This document shows, one piece after another, positions 40,693 through 54,955 of a stretch of DNA of 64,000 bases. Origin of the DNA: Octopus vulgaris (Eukaryota); the NCBI GenBank assembly GCA_951406725.2, contig OX597814.1:147560001-147624000 (forward strand). The letters are read 5' to 3'. The notes beneath the pieces were generated by a model. That model worked only from the letters and a program-made list of their open reading frames with translations. It was not told the origin of the DNA and ran no database searches. The position numbers were made by a program, and so were the translations under genes. Every line of letters starts with the position of its first letter. Position 1 is the stretch's first letter.

Positions 40693-41969
40693 TGGGGTCA
40701 TCCCATAAATAATGCCTTTCTTTATACTTGTTTTATTTTTCAAAATTAAGATAAACAATCCTAACCCTAACCCTAACCCTAAAATATACTCTCTTTCATT
40801 TTCGACAATGCTCTTCCATCTATCTGGTAGTCTTATAAGACCCCTCTTCCAGAATTCACTTGTCCGTGACGGTAAATACTCCTCCAGTACTATTCTGACC
40901 GCGTCTACAGAATTCATATTTTTTCCCTCCAAATGATTTTGAAGACTGGATAATAAATAATAATCAGATGGGGTATTGTCCGGCGAATATGGTGGGTGGA
41001 ACATCGATTCTCATTCAAATTAGTTCCAGCTTTTGGCATGTCATCCTCGTTGTATGTGGCTGAGCATACAAGACTTTGCGTCTTGAAAACGATGATGGTC
41101 ATTTTTCTTCTAGCGCTGACTTAAGCCGCTCAATCTGTTCACAGTAGATCCCCTTTGTTACCGTTTGTTTGGGGTTTAAAAGTTCAAAGTGGACTAAACT
41201 TTTCGTATCCCACTAAACTAATAACAACACATTACGTGGGTGAAGACCATATTTAATCTGGGCTACTGGTGTTTCTCCTTTCCCTGCCGACTGGTTCGGC
41301 GCTTGACATTTTTATGAAGAACCCATTTCTCGTCACCAGTTATTATTCAGTTCAAAAAAGGTTTATTCGTGAGACGTGACAGCAAAGAAGAGCACACATT
41401 TACGCTCTGCGCGCGATTAAACTCGGACAGCATATGAGGAACATATTGACCCCATCTGTTGACTTTTCCAGTGGCACGCAAGATGTCGATGAAAGATTGA
41501 ATGACCAAATACAAGCTTGTCTGCTAGTTCCTCAACAGTTATGATGGGATTTTGTTCCACCAGTGTTTGCAGGACTTCCTCGTTGAGCTCTACAGACCTT
41601 CTAGGACGAGGCTTATCGTCTAGGCTTTTGTTTCAGCCTCGAAATTTCTGGAACCACCGTTGACACTGACTTATGCTTATTGTCCGATCCCCATATGCTG
41701 CATTCCTCGCACATTCCGTTGTGTCATTGCCTTTATTGAACAAATAAAGCAAAAATATTCCGAATATGCACCTTTATAACTGTCATTATAGCTTTGAAAA
41801 AATAAATGTTACAATCGAAGTGCACTCTTCAAAAGTTGTACTAACAATAAGCACAAGGTAAAATTATTAACAGTTTTTATAGCAAGCTGATGCAGGTAGC
41901 TTATTCCGTCCCCCTCCGACTTTTACTTCAAATGATTGACAAAACCACATTATTTATGGGATGACCAAC
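40693..41969 (-). mobile_element. Full-length degenerate mariner element (~1.28 kb)
   Basis: TIR core ggtcatcccataaataatg (40696-40714) / cattatttatgggatgacc (41948-41966); TGDEKW near 41322-41340; HPPYSPDNTPSDYYL; many stops. Confidence 0.9.
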
Positions 41970-43512
41970 ATTTTCATTAATAAATAGTTTTAAAACAATT
42001 TTCATATTTTTGGTGATAAGTTTTGAAAAATTTCCTATAGAAGCAATACATTCCCTAATGCATTTCTAAGGCAAAAGGAAGGAATAATTTATGCTTATAT
42101 TTCACTAGCTAATATTATTTTGGGAATTAGCAGATGATTAGAATTTTATTGTTTAAAGGATGTGCTCTAACAAGAAGTGTCTAAAAATTACTTCTAATTA
42201 AAATTGTAGGAAATGAAGAGAGATGGAAATATGATAATGGACTGTGTTAGTATTATATCTCATTATTTTCATGAATTAACATCTCAAACATACTTGAATT
42301 TAAGTATAAATATAAGACATATAAACAAGGAAAAGTCAATATATTTTATAACAGCGGAGATATTTATGTGTGGAGTTTAAATGCTATCGATGCAAACAAT
42401 ACAAAGTCCAAAAGAGAAAACTACGTGAGGAAATAGATGGAAAATCAGAATTTATAATGCATTAATAGAAATAATTTCTTTTAGATTAGAATTAGAGATA
42501 TATATGTTTCTACTATTAACAGGAAAGTTAAATTTGGTTTCCATTAGATATTGGGAAGGAAATTGGGAATGTGTAAAAGTATAATTTGTTGGTGTTTCGC
42601 AAAAAGAGTGACGAATATGCCGTTGTCAGATTAGTATTAATTATTATATGAGTTGGGAATACATTTAGATTAAGCATTACAATTAATGAAAATGAAGTAC
42701 TTTAGTTAAAAGGAAATTTAATAAAGACTTAGTATGAAACATTAAGTACTGAATCGTTTAATGATTGTATAATGAAAACTTACTAAGTACTATATATAGG
42801 TTTCCTTGAGTTAAACGTTTCTATGATACCAATCAACTGATATTAATAGAAATGTTACTACTGTTAGATATGTGTAATGATAAATGTGCCTTATATCTGG
42901 GTTCAAAATAAAAAGAAATTCTAAAATGTGGAAATAATAGAGTAAAAAATAGTCACAAATTTATCATTAGCTCAATGACATTTCATGGCAATTTCTTGAA
43001 AATAAATGCGTCTTTTAACGATGTAATTCAATTACCAACAAATATTTTTTGCTGCTGATACCAGTAAAACTAATAAACTTAGTGACATGGGTTTATAGTT
43101 CTGGTACCGTTTCGTTAGTTGTTTTGTTCACATTTTCTGTATACGGATGACTGTTTCATTGGTTGAGTATGCCTGTTAGGAGAGATAAAAAAAAATATTG
43201 GTTAAAAATGATTCGAAGTTTATGTTTATATGATGAAAGTAATTTTGAGTAACATTTAAGTTTTTGATGTTTAGATTTCAAACGATTCATAAGTGCGAAA
43301 CTGACAAGGAGTTTTATTGGTAGTGTACAGTTTAGATGAAAAATTTTTTCCCTCCATTTTATATCAAATGATGTTTCGACTTTAAATGTCAAGTATAATT
43401 GATCAGCGACTTTTCCGCTTTTCTATTTGGCTGTCCAAAAGTATGTGCGTGTGTGTATACATGTATATATACATGTTTATATATATATATATACATGTTT
43501 ATATATATACAT

Positions 43513-43559
<47 letters not shown>

Positions 43560-43680
43560 CACATATATATATTTATATATATAAACATATATATGTACCT
43601 ATGCACGGATGTATTTTTATGTATACATATAAGCATAAGCATGCTTACATAGGTGCACACATGTTTCGTGCTTTTTATAC

Positions 43681-43751
<71 letters not shown>

Positions 43752-44861
43752 AATAAAATAGAACATATGCATATATATAAACATATATGTACGTACCTAC
43801 CTCTACATGTACATATACACGCATATATGTGTACAGGACACCAAAAAGACGTCGAACACATAGAGAGACGAAAAACATAGACACAAACCAAGGAACAGGA
43901 CAAGCAAAAAAGAAAAAAAGAGATACAGGACAATAAGCACAACGAAAAATCCCCTTCTTCAGTCGCTAAGGTTTCATCTACTCTACGTTTCGAAGGATAA
44001 AAGCGAGACGTATACTTCGAAGAAACTATATATATACATATATACAGAGAGAGAGGGGCTGGAAACAACGCATTCTCTTTTGGCTTTTACTATCATCTTA
44101 ATAAATTTATATGGGCGTATATCCGTACATATACATCCATATATGTATACACACACACACGCGCGCGCGCACGCACACACACACACACAAACATATATAT
44201 ATATATATATGTGTGTAAGTAAACATGCATACATGTACACATACATGCATGTGTGAATATGCATATGTAGGCATAAGCGTAGTTTTAAGCACCTGCACCC
44301 ATTCGTGCAAGCATTAACTCCTTTACTTATGTAGATTACATAATATGCAATATGTTTTACATATTTTGACAGTGTGTTTCATAAATTTTCTCTTGAGTAG
44401 GCACGATCTTTCTGGTTTTATTAAACTCAGCGTCTGAAGATAGCTACTGCGACTGTTACTCAAGGGATCAAAACTAGCAAGAATTATTGGTTGGAATTTA
44501 AATCTATAATCGTGATGCAAAAACTGCTGGTTTCTCATTAGTTCACCATTCGCAGGGAAAATGATTTTAAGTATTAAGTATAATTCATTTTCTCTATCAT
44601 ATAGCATTTATAGTGTGTATATAGGTATAATACTGTTCTGGATTTTTGAGATGAGGAATTCTGTACATCATATACATTATTTACATTGGATGGTTATGTG
44701 TCTTCATCTTCTTTGTGGTTATCACAAAATATCGGCTGATTTTACAGGCTTCATCAGGTGTCCTGGTAGAATTTTGAACTCAACCCTGGGTTCTGATTCC
44801 TAAGGTATTTTTGCTGATGTTATTGTTGTTGTTGTTGTTGTTATCATTATTATTATTATAT

Positions 44862-46665
44862 GTTTGAATTTTGTTTTGTATTTATACAAGTTGGCTCCAA
44901 CTCTCACTCACAGACCTAAAGAGACAACAAGTTAGAAGTTCATGTTGATGTTATGCCTACAGTGTCATATATTTGGTTTTGCACATAGTATTGTTCTAGA
45001 GAATGTTTAAGAAAACATAAGAAAATTATGAATATTCTTTCAAAACTTTGAGATTACATAGTTGGTATCTTACGTAGGATATGAGCAGTTCTCATGAGAA
45101 CTATCTTTCGAATTTCTGTCATTTTGGGATTTCCTTGTATCTGAGCTAGGTAAGAATCAGCTCCTTTTGCTATCATTCCTGGGACACCTATGACAACAGG
45201 TATTGTTTTAGTCTTCAGATTCCACATTTTGCCAATTTCTATTTCAAGATCTTTATAATTGCTCAGTTTTTGGTAGATCTTGACAGATGCATTTATGTCG
45301 ACTGGTACAAACATATAAATGAGGAGGTAAGATTTTGCTTGAAGTCTTTCCATATAATATCTGGCCTATTTACATCTATCTTTCTATCAGTTTGAATGTT
45401 GAAGTTCCATAGGAGCGAGGTGTGATCATTTTCAAGCACTTTACGTGGTTTGTGTTCCTACCAGTTTTTATCATAGGGCAGGTGCAGGCTTTTGCAAATT
45501 ACACAGTGAATATATTGTGCTGCTCTATCATGCCTGTTGAGATACTCTGTAGGCGCAAGAAGACTGCACATGGGGACAACATAATCAGTGGTTTCATTTT
45601 GCTGTTGACATACACGACATTTTGGGCTATTGCCGTTCTTTAATATGTTGGCCTGGTAGTTCCTTGTAGTTAGGCATTGATCTTGGGCTGCTACGATACT
45701 ACGATAAACCCTTCTGTTTCTGATTTTAACCGAGAAGCCATTAACCATTGATGGGTAAGGGTTTTGTCAACCTAGACACTATTATCTCTCTTTGGGTATT
45801 TGCCACTGAGAGATTTTTCTTACCATTTATCAGTAAGAATATGTAAGATAGCAGTTTTAGCACGGGTTTTCATAGGTTTAGCTCATTCTATGTTTCTAGT
45901 ACGTCTAATTCTAGAATTGGAATTCACGTAGTTATTTCTTGGCCTGTTTTGTTACTGAGTATGATGCTTCCTTGTTTTCATACTTTCAGACAAGTTTAGT
46001 TTTCTTTGCTTCTGAAGTAGGTATTTCTGTAGTTTAATGGTGGCTATTTTGTAATAGTTTTCTAGCTGTATAAGGCTTCTATCACTTTCCATACGTTGTA
46101 TATATAACAGATCTTATCTCTTATTTTCTATTTGTTCTGAATTTTATTTATCCACAGGATTTGTTGGGTGGTGATACTCCTGTTTGGATTGGTTTGAGGG
46201 TGTATCCAGCTTCTTCCGTGCACCCAGAGGCTGCTGCATATATTATATCATTTAGCCTGCTCATATTGATATTAGTTTCTGTGGCTATTAATTTCTGTGA
46301 TGTCCACGTTCATGCTATTTATTATTGATGTTTCATTATCAATTTGAAGTTTTGGGAGGTACAATCGGTGGTCCGTTCATTTTTAGAGTATCACAATCAT
46401 TAGTTTCACCTTCACTGTTTCCAGGTCTTAGATTTGTTCCCTCATTTTCACATTTTTGTCTGTGGTGTTCTGGTTTGGTGCATTTTGCTTATCATTATAC
46501 ATTCCTACGGTCTGAGTTTGTTGTCTTTCGTTATTTCGTTTTTGTTAGACATGTTACGTCTGTCTTCGTGTTTTACATTCCTAGTGCTTATATTATTTGG
46601 CATTGCTGTCTTATTACTATCTACGTTTTCCTTGTGTATTTTGCCTTTTCAATGTTCTTCATCCT
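44862..46665 (-). mobile_element. Dong/R4-clade non-LTR retrotransposon, RT core deleted, in (TAA)n
   Basis: LYIQR..RSLIQ; IVAAQDQCLTTRNY; CRVC....ET.DYVV..C..LA..EY..RHD; LLWNF.IQTD....NRPDII; K..Y.DL..EI..MW...T..IPVVIG; N-terminal IIYAAA near 46230; TAA repeats on both flanks. Confidence 0.85.
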
Positions 46666-46678
46666 ATTATTATTATTA

Positions 46679-46766
<88 letters not shown>

Positions 46767-47926
46767 TATTATTACCATCATAATTAGTAGTAGTAGTAGT
46801 AGTATCATTATTATTATTATTACTATTATCATCATCATCATTATTGTTGCAGCAGCTATTGTTTAGGTTAATACTTATAATTGCTGCTGTTGTTTTATTG
46901 AGTGAGAGAGTAGCACATACCATCAAACTGACACTGGGGTACAAATATACGGAGTCTAATATACCCATGATGTCTACTCTTCTGATAAGTGTACACCAGG
47001 CACATGCATCACAACCATATGTGCGCGACATATATCTCGACAAACGGTGCAATATTTTGCAGATGGGGGTCCCTGTTAGAATTTATATATATATATATAT
47101 CAAAAGGATGTGTTACAATATTTTTCCCCAGCCATACCCACAGCCCAACAGACCTCCATCGTCAGCTACTCCACGGATATAATTATGGTTTCGACACCTG
47201 TGCAGTACCATTAAATCCGGTGGTGTCAGCAATGCGGAAATAAGTGTTGTTTGGGAACAAACAAACCAAAGAAACCACAACTTTCAAACACATTTACCCA
47301 ATGTACAACCGTATCGATAAAATCGAGATATATATTCCATAGATAAATTTAAAAAACTCTTAAATACGTAACAAAACAGCAACACCTCTATTGAGTCATA
47401 AAATTTTATAATCCATACCGTCTTCCGTAGTGTAATGTTAAAGTAAAGCTTGATAACCACATTATTTCAATCAATCAATATATAGGCAGGATAAAACACT
47501 AACTTTACTGAAACTACAACAGGAACCAGTTAAACCAATGTACATTGTATCGCTATGAATAGTAAGCTGCAATAACTAAATTATATGCTAAATTGCGATC
47601 CATCTTTAAGTTTATATGAATAACAATCACACCGGTTTTCCATAGATACTACTATAATAAAGTCGGAAATCTTATATTTTTTTCTTTCTGGAACAAAACA
47701 TGATTGAAATTCACTTAAGTAATATTTTTTTGCGTGAAATACATTATTTCATCATTCAAAAGTTAATAGTAAAATACTACATACACGTTACACTACATAC
47801 ATAACAACTACAATTTATAATATTAAATTGCCAGTGACTAGTATACACTTAAATTTCATTAAATAGGAACTAATAAAAGTATTTGTAATAATCTAATATT
47901 ATACATCTTGCTATATTTAAAGCTAA

Positions 47927-48170
47927 TTAAATAAAATGAGACAACAAATCCAAGGCTGTGTGGAGTTTTCAGGACATTTATAAAGAGAAAGTTAATCTTA
48001 CTGCTGTTTCTGGGATATTAAGGATATCCCTTCATCAAAGACGATGTGAGATGGTTAAATTGATAATGGATATCCCTAATATCCCAGAAACAGCTGTAAA
48101 ACTAAGTTTCTCTTTATAAATGTCCTGAAAACTTCACACAACCTTGGTTTTGTTGTCTCATTTTATTTAA
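47927..48170. repeat. Palindrome of PLE-type termini (103-bp arms, 38-bp spacer) with HHR remnant at 47995-48042 (-)
   Basis: 47927-48029 is the reverse complement of 48068-48170; minus strand gtct-TTGATGA-agggata..tatccca-GAAAC-agca-GTA-agat. Confidence 0.8.
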
Positions 48171-48290
48171 CTTAAACATCCTAATACAAGCCCCGATTTA
48201 GACACGTCACTCATGTCATTATCGAACCGAGAGTTTAACTACGGTCTTTCCATAGCACTTAGATAGCATTACCTGGATACTAATACCTCT

Positions 48291-48345
<55 letters not shown>

Positions 48346-48528
48346 CCATACATATCCATATATATATATACACACATATGTATATATATATTACACTGAT
48401 ATATATATACATATATGTATGTATAAATATATATAAATTTATAAATGAGGGTGAAAAATTTGATATTAATTTAATAATACCATCAGCTTAACACCAAGTG
48501 GCCACATAGTGGTAACTCTCTTATAATT

Positions 48529-48560
<32 letters not shown>

Positions 48561-49015
48561 ATTTATACTATATATTTATACTATACTATTATTTACACTA
48601 TTATTTATACTGTATATTTATACTATATATTCTATATTCTACATTAATATTATAATATTATAAAGAATATAAATAAAACATTAAAAAAACAGTTGGAATT
48701 TCTTTGAATAATATATATCCCTCTATACACAATCTTAAAAACCCCTTTACATATATATATATATATGGGTGTGTGTGTGTATGTATGTAGATGTATATGT
48801 ATATATGTATGTACGTATATATGCAAACACAAAGACAGCAATGACTGAAGACATTCAGATGACTATTTAAACATAAATATTATATAGATGCTTATTCTAA
48901 TAGATCAAATTTACACAAGTATATATAAGTATATGTGTGTGCGAGTATATGTGCGTGTGAGTATATGTGTGTATACATGTGTGTGTTTGTGTACGTTAGC
49001 ACATATACATACATT

Positions 49016-49093
<78 letters not shown>

Positions 49094-49566
49094 ATATATG
49101 TACGTGTTGGCGTGAGCGTATGTGCGTTCGTGGATATATAGAAATAGCTAGAAAAGCGTAAACAAAGAGAAAAGTTACTTTTGAACCACTTCCCTAGCGG
49201 TATTTGTTTTGCACCGAGTTACAGATACTTTACTGCCACACTCGCCGCTATAAATACAGTGACTGCATCGCTGGAAAACTGTATCAAGCGATAATGTTAT
49301 TCACCAAAGTCTGATATAAAATCAAATTGAAAATAAAATTTGTTTTAACCACAAACAAAAAATGAAAGAAGTGCCGAATAAACATATTTTTGAAATGCTC
49401 TCTTAATTTGACCTGGCCAGGAAAACTACCATTTAGACACGCTTTTTATCAATCTCTGTGCTCACTTAATGCCTCATTGACATCACAGACGATCAAAGAG
49501 ATTTGGCTCGCCTGCGTACTTCAGTATGTTTGCCTTTGTATGTATATATATGTGGATATATAAGTA

Positions 49567-49700
<134 letters not shown>

Positions 49701-50517
49701 GATAGATATTCTTATACATATATAGACACCTATACCCTTACATACTTGTATGAAATATATACGTATGTAATCATGTGTGTATATCTCTATACGTATATAT
49801 ATGTGTATGTATATACATATATGCATATATATATTATTTATATTATATTATATATATATGTATGTATGTATGTATGTATTTATATATGTATTATGTATGT
49901 ATGCATATATCTTTATTCGAGCACGCGCGTGTGTATGGTCTATAAGATTGAATTCAAAATAAATATTTGGCTAGTTTAGTAATGTAAAACTTAATGTATA
50001 CGTACATGTGTGTATGTATGTATGTATATATGTATGTGCACGCCCGAATGGGCCTGTTTGGACGGTGCTGCGTGCCTCTGCGTATGTGTGTGTATGTTTG
50101 CTACTTTGTGTCGTTGTGTAGAATATTTATTTATATTTATTCTAACCAGAGGAAAAACTAAGACCAAAAATTATGGCTATTGATTGATGCTGATGCTGTT
50201 GTCGCGGTTACTGCTTCCACTGAGGGTGTTGTTGCCGTCGCCGTTGTTGTTATCCATTGGCCTCAGTAAGCCTTCTTTGAGTAAAATCATTATCAGACGC
50301 ATCCACTTCAGACGTGATCTTCCAACTTATTTCTTATATGCAAGGAAAGCAGGAATACGTTGTAAAATGTCTCGTTTCTGAATAACAGCAGAAAGTGATT
50401 CAAAGAAGATTTGTCACTATTTCTAACACAGACGTAGTCCATTAATGTAGTCTGCCTCCATGCGCAACGTAAGATTTGTTGTATGCTGTTTTGTATTTGT
50501 TTATAGTCTATTTGACT

Positions 50518-50549
<32 letters not shown>

Positions 50550-52243
50550 AGTGTGTGAAGCAAGTTTAGTAGCTTGAACAGGACTTACATAATCCACATT
50601 AAACCTAATGTATTGACGATATTTTAATGTTGAGTCTTAACGTTGGCCCAGTTCGATCGTTCGTTATGTGCTATTAATTCGTTTATGCACCATTTTTATT
50701 TATTTAGTTATTGCAATTTGCATATATTTTGAATCTTATATATTTGTCATGTTATAATTTTTAGCAGTTTGTTGTCATGTGTGTAAGCCGTGTTTATTAT
50801 TATTATTTTTTTTTCAGTGTGAGGTTTGGTTGTATGTGATAATCTCTGGTGTTTCTGGTAACAGTGTAGATTAAGGAGATGAATATTTAAATCTGTTGCG
50901 TGTGATCCGGGATTTTGTGTGATTATATTCGATTTGGAGTAGTTGCTAACCACGTCTAGGAAATCATGCGGTTGTGTAACTATGACATCATTTGCATATT
51001 TGGTGTGATTGATTTGTATAGATATGAGATCTTCATAGTTAAAAAATCCTGGATCTAACAGAGGATTTGGATTATAGCTGTGTCTATTCAGAGAAATGCA
51101 AATTTTTAAATGCGTTTTTGCAGTATAAAGTTATACTTAATTATCTGACTAATGGTTTGATAAATAGTGCTTAACGTCGATGTCAAAGGATATGGTTGGC
51201 ATTTGTGTATGACTGGATACTGGAAAGAGGAGGCGTTGTTTGCTGATATAGAGGGTAATATGTTGATGCTGAGATGAATTAGTGATGTTGATAGGGCGTT
51301 GGAGACAATGACACACGGTATTTTTTCTGATTCTTTGCAAATCCTAACATGGCATGTGACCAACTTTTTCTTTCGCAATCAGTAAAAGACAAACGAACTA
51401 GGAACTCTGAATTGGAGAAACTCTTAAAACATCGGGTGAGATGTTTTGTAATATCTGTTCTTTTTCTTTATATCATGAAATAAGTACGTGCGTCAAGACT
51501 GCTACCAAGTTATATCGGTCATAAAATGCCTGTTTTCCCTTGGACAAAATCGGTTGCATCTGCATTGAGATGAAACCTCTTTAAAAAGGCAACTAACGAT
51601 TTAAAAAAACAATCAGAGATTGTCCTGGACTACGCATGTAAATGCATATGCATGATCAAATCTGTCCGAAGGCCGCTTTTATAAGAATGGTTCCTTGAAT
51701 AGGGAGTTAATCCAAGTTGTGAGAAACAGAAAGAAATGTATACACAATGTCATGTACTGTTATTCTTATATTTTTGAAAGTACACGTACGAAAGTGATTT
51801 GTAAATATGACGCTGATGCAGTTTCGTTTTACGATTATGATGCTTTTGCAGTTTTCAGAAAATAAGAATTCAATGGTGTTGATACAGGCATCAGAAGATT
51901 CTAGTAAGTGCAAGGATTCTTCTAGGCCCTGATTTGGTTTAGGATTGTTTCATTACTCTCTGCTGTGTTTCATTTATTTATTTTCATGGAAAGAAGGAAA
52001 GAAGGAAGGAAGGAAGGAATCAAAGTTTTGTTATCCACAATATTATGTTCCAGTTTCTGTTAATTCTTGTTTTTCAAGTGTTTGATAAATAATTTTTGTG
52101 TAGCCAACCTTGGAATTATTATTTTGTGCACCGTTTTGCTGCTTGAAGTATGATTCCTATCAGATACAGATATTTTCTTTTGCTTTTCTGCTTGGCTTCA
52201 TTCCTTATATTTCATTCTTTAGTTAATGATCTTCATACACACA

Positions 52244-52363
<120 letters not shown>

Positions 52364-52407
52364 CATACACACACAGGTGTAAATGTAAGAACAAGTAAGT
52401 TTGTGAA

Positions 52408-54298
52408 GTAGATATATAAAAAATGTTTTATACATTCAATACAAAGAACGTACATACGTATTCACAATAAAGAAGTCTGACTTACACAGACTGGCAAAGA
52501 TATCAGGTATTAAAGGGGTTGAGAACGTTTTTACGAGTCCGAAAGCTTTTTCTGGGAGCTTGGTCGTCCAAAATAATGCTTGTAACTTGATTCCATCATC
52601 GGATACCACCAGCCTCCGTCGTCAGGGAAGAATCTCACATTTGAGGTGTTGACAGAATGGAAATTAAAGAGGGAATGATTTTGTGGAGAAAAAGTGTATT
52701 AGAAAGAGGAGTTGGAGATGTTTAGATAGTGAGTAGTGGGAGGAGAAAATAGATCTTGGGGTTAGGGTTATTAATGAGGTGCGTGAGAGAAGAAGTGGAA
52801 GGTGAGAGGAAGGGGGAGGGTGGTTTAAATAGTATGTGAAAGGTAAACTTTGTATTAGTTTGTATGAAGTCTATAGAGTTAAAGGTTGAGTGAAATGAGT
52901 TGACTGATACAGTAACTGGGGGCGAGAAGGGGGTCAAAAGTAGTCATTAGTGGGACAAAGGAATTGGGAGGGTACAGAATGGGTGGGGAGTTATGGTCAA
53001 TAGAGGAGTATGGGATTGAATAGTGGGGTGGGAGTAGGGATGATATAGAGGTAGATTGGTCAGTTGGCGTATTATGTACTTTTTGAGAGTGGGGAGGGTG
53101 GGAAGGCTAAGAGGGAAGTGTGAAGTAGTTGATTTGAAGAAAGTGGAAGAAACAGGAGATGTATGTAAGAGAGAGAGAGTAGAAGGCGGGGTTTAGTATT
53201 TTTTAAGTAGTGCAGGGTTGAGTTTGTCTTGTTTAAAGGTGTTTAGAGGTATGAAAACTTATTATGGGATTATATGGATTTGGTAAAGTGCGTGACAGAT
53301 GAGTAGAACCTATGTCTAGAAGAATAAATAACATCAGAGAATCTATTAAGTAATGAGGAGTTATCAAGATGGGGAATGGTTAATGATTCTTTTAGACATA
53401 ACTTACAATTGCCGGTGTTTGCAAGTATGGTGGAGTTTCGCATATTGCAGACCAGGATAGGGTGTATGGAATATTTGGGCATTGGAGGTTGTATATATAC
53501 GTTGCGAAGGAGGTTGAGAATTTAGTATTTGGATTGGTGAAGATTTCATGTGTGTACGGTAGCGGCACTTGAAATTTACAGTGCCACCAATATTTACCCT
53601 TGCTTGATGGGAGCGTGGTGTTAATGTAGGGCATAGATCCTATTTATGCGTGGACAAGAACCTCCAATAGGACGTAATTGAGATACGTGACAATTACAAA
53701 TTTCGTACCTGCTCCGTGATGGGGACTTACAACTAGTGAAGTTGAGCTCAGTCGGTTCATTAAGTGGGGGAGAACCAGAAGTGTGATCTGCATTTGTATT
53801 GGGTTGGGAGGTGGTATTGCAGCTAGTATTTGTTGTCACGTAGGTAGGATTGTAAAATGGTTGTTTGAATCTAATATTATCTAATTGAGGGGCTTTTATT
53901 AAGGGTTGTGTTATAGCTACTATGTGGTGCAGTGGGTGTGTTTAACATGGGGTGCAGTGTGAGAGGTTAAGTGTTCAGAGGATTGGTATTGGAGATTGCA
54001 TTTCTTTCAAGAGGCGATTATTGATCCTGAATTAGTTCCCCACAAAATAATTCCATCTATCAATAACTCAAAGGTAAATTTCTTCCCTGAAGACGGTGAC
54101 TGGTGGTGTCCGATGATGGAATCAAGGCATTATTTTGGATCACCAAGTACCCCACCAAACAACTGTTGAACTCGTAACCTCGTACTCAAACCCCTTAATT
54201 CCTACTATAATTTCCATTCACTGTAAATCAGACTTCTTTTGTATTAATACATATATACACTCTTTGTGTTAAATGTATTTCACATGTTTTACATATCA
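52408..54298 (-). mobile_element. Old Hydra-clade-like PLE remnant with inverted pseudo-LTRs
   Basis: Diverged inverted repeat 52408-52633 / 54079-54298, each with ttcttccCTGA(C/A)GAcgg; EN remnants ICNC..PIGGSC..RIY, STSFATYIYNL..YTLSWS, CKLCLKE..LLNR.SD....RH. Confidence 0.75.
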
Positions 54299-54399
54299 AA
54301 TTGACTAATTTTTTTGTCATTACATTTACTCCTCTATCTGGTCATGTTGAAATCTCTTGAGCACCACGAAGTGTATTCTAAACAGAGAAAACCTGTATC

Positions 54400-54554
54400 G
54401 TGGCTGAGTGGTAAGTAGCTTGTTTACAAACCACATGGTTTCGGGTTCAGTCCCACTGCGTGGCACCTTGGGCATTTGTCTTCTCCTATAGCCTCGGGCC
54501 GACCAAAGCCTTGTTAGTGGATTTGGTAAACGGAAACTGAAAGAAGCCCGTCGT

Positions 54555-54606
<52 letters not shown>

Positions 54607-54828
54607 ATGTGTATATTTTTGTTTGTCTGTGATTGCTCCCCCCCCCTATCGCTTGACAACAGATGTTGGTGTGTTTACGTCCCCGTAACATAGCTTTTCG
54701 GCAAAAAAGGCCGATAGAATAAGTACTAGGCTTACAAAGAATAAATCCTGGGGTCAATGTGTTCGACTAAAGGCGGTGCTCCAGCATGGTCGCAGTCAAA
54801 TGATAGAAACAACTTAGAGAATAAAAGA
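54400..54828 (+). mobile_element. CORE-like tRNA SINE with internal microsatellite
   Basis: Same family as 57298-57700. Confidence 0.9.
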
Positions 54829-54912
54829 ATATATATATATTTATATATAAACAAGCACACACACTCACAGACACACACACACACACATACACACACACAC
54901 ACACACACACAG

Positions 54913-54955
<43 letters not shown>

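Noticed and set aside
43835-44030. HHR in a PLE-like fragment (cttc-GAAAC-GTA on minus)
   Set aside because: The CUGANGA half is missing, truncated by (TA)n.
50750-51950. Possible Naiad-like (N-terminal EN) PLE relic on the minus strand
   Set aside because: Only vague motif resemblance (YPVI..TISQIIKYN, DIVY); too decayed to support without a translated search.
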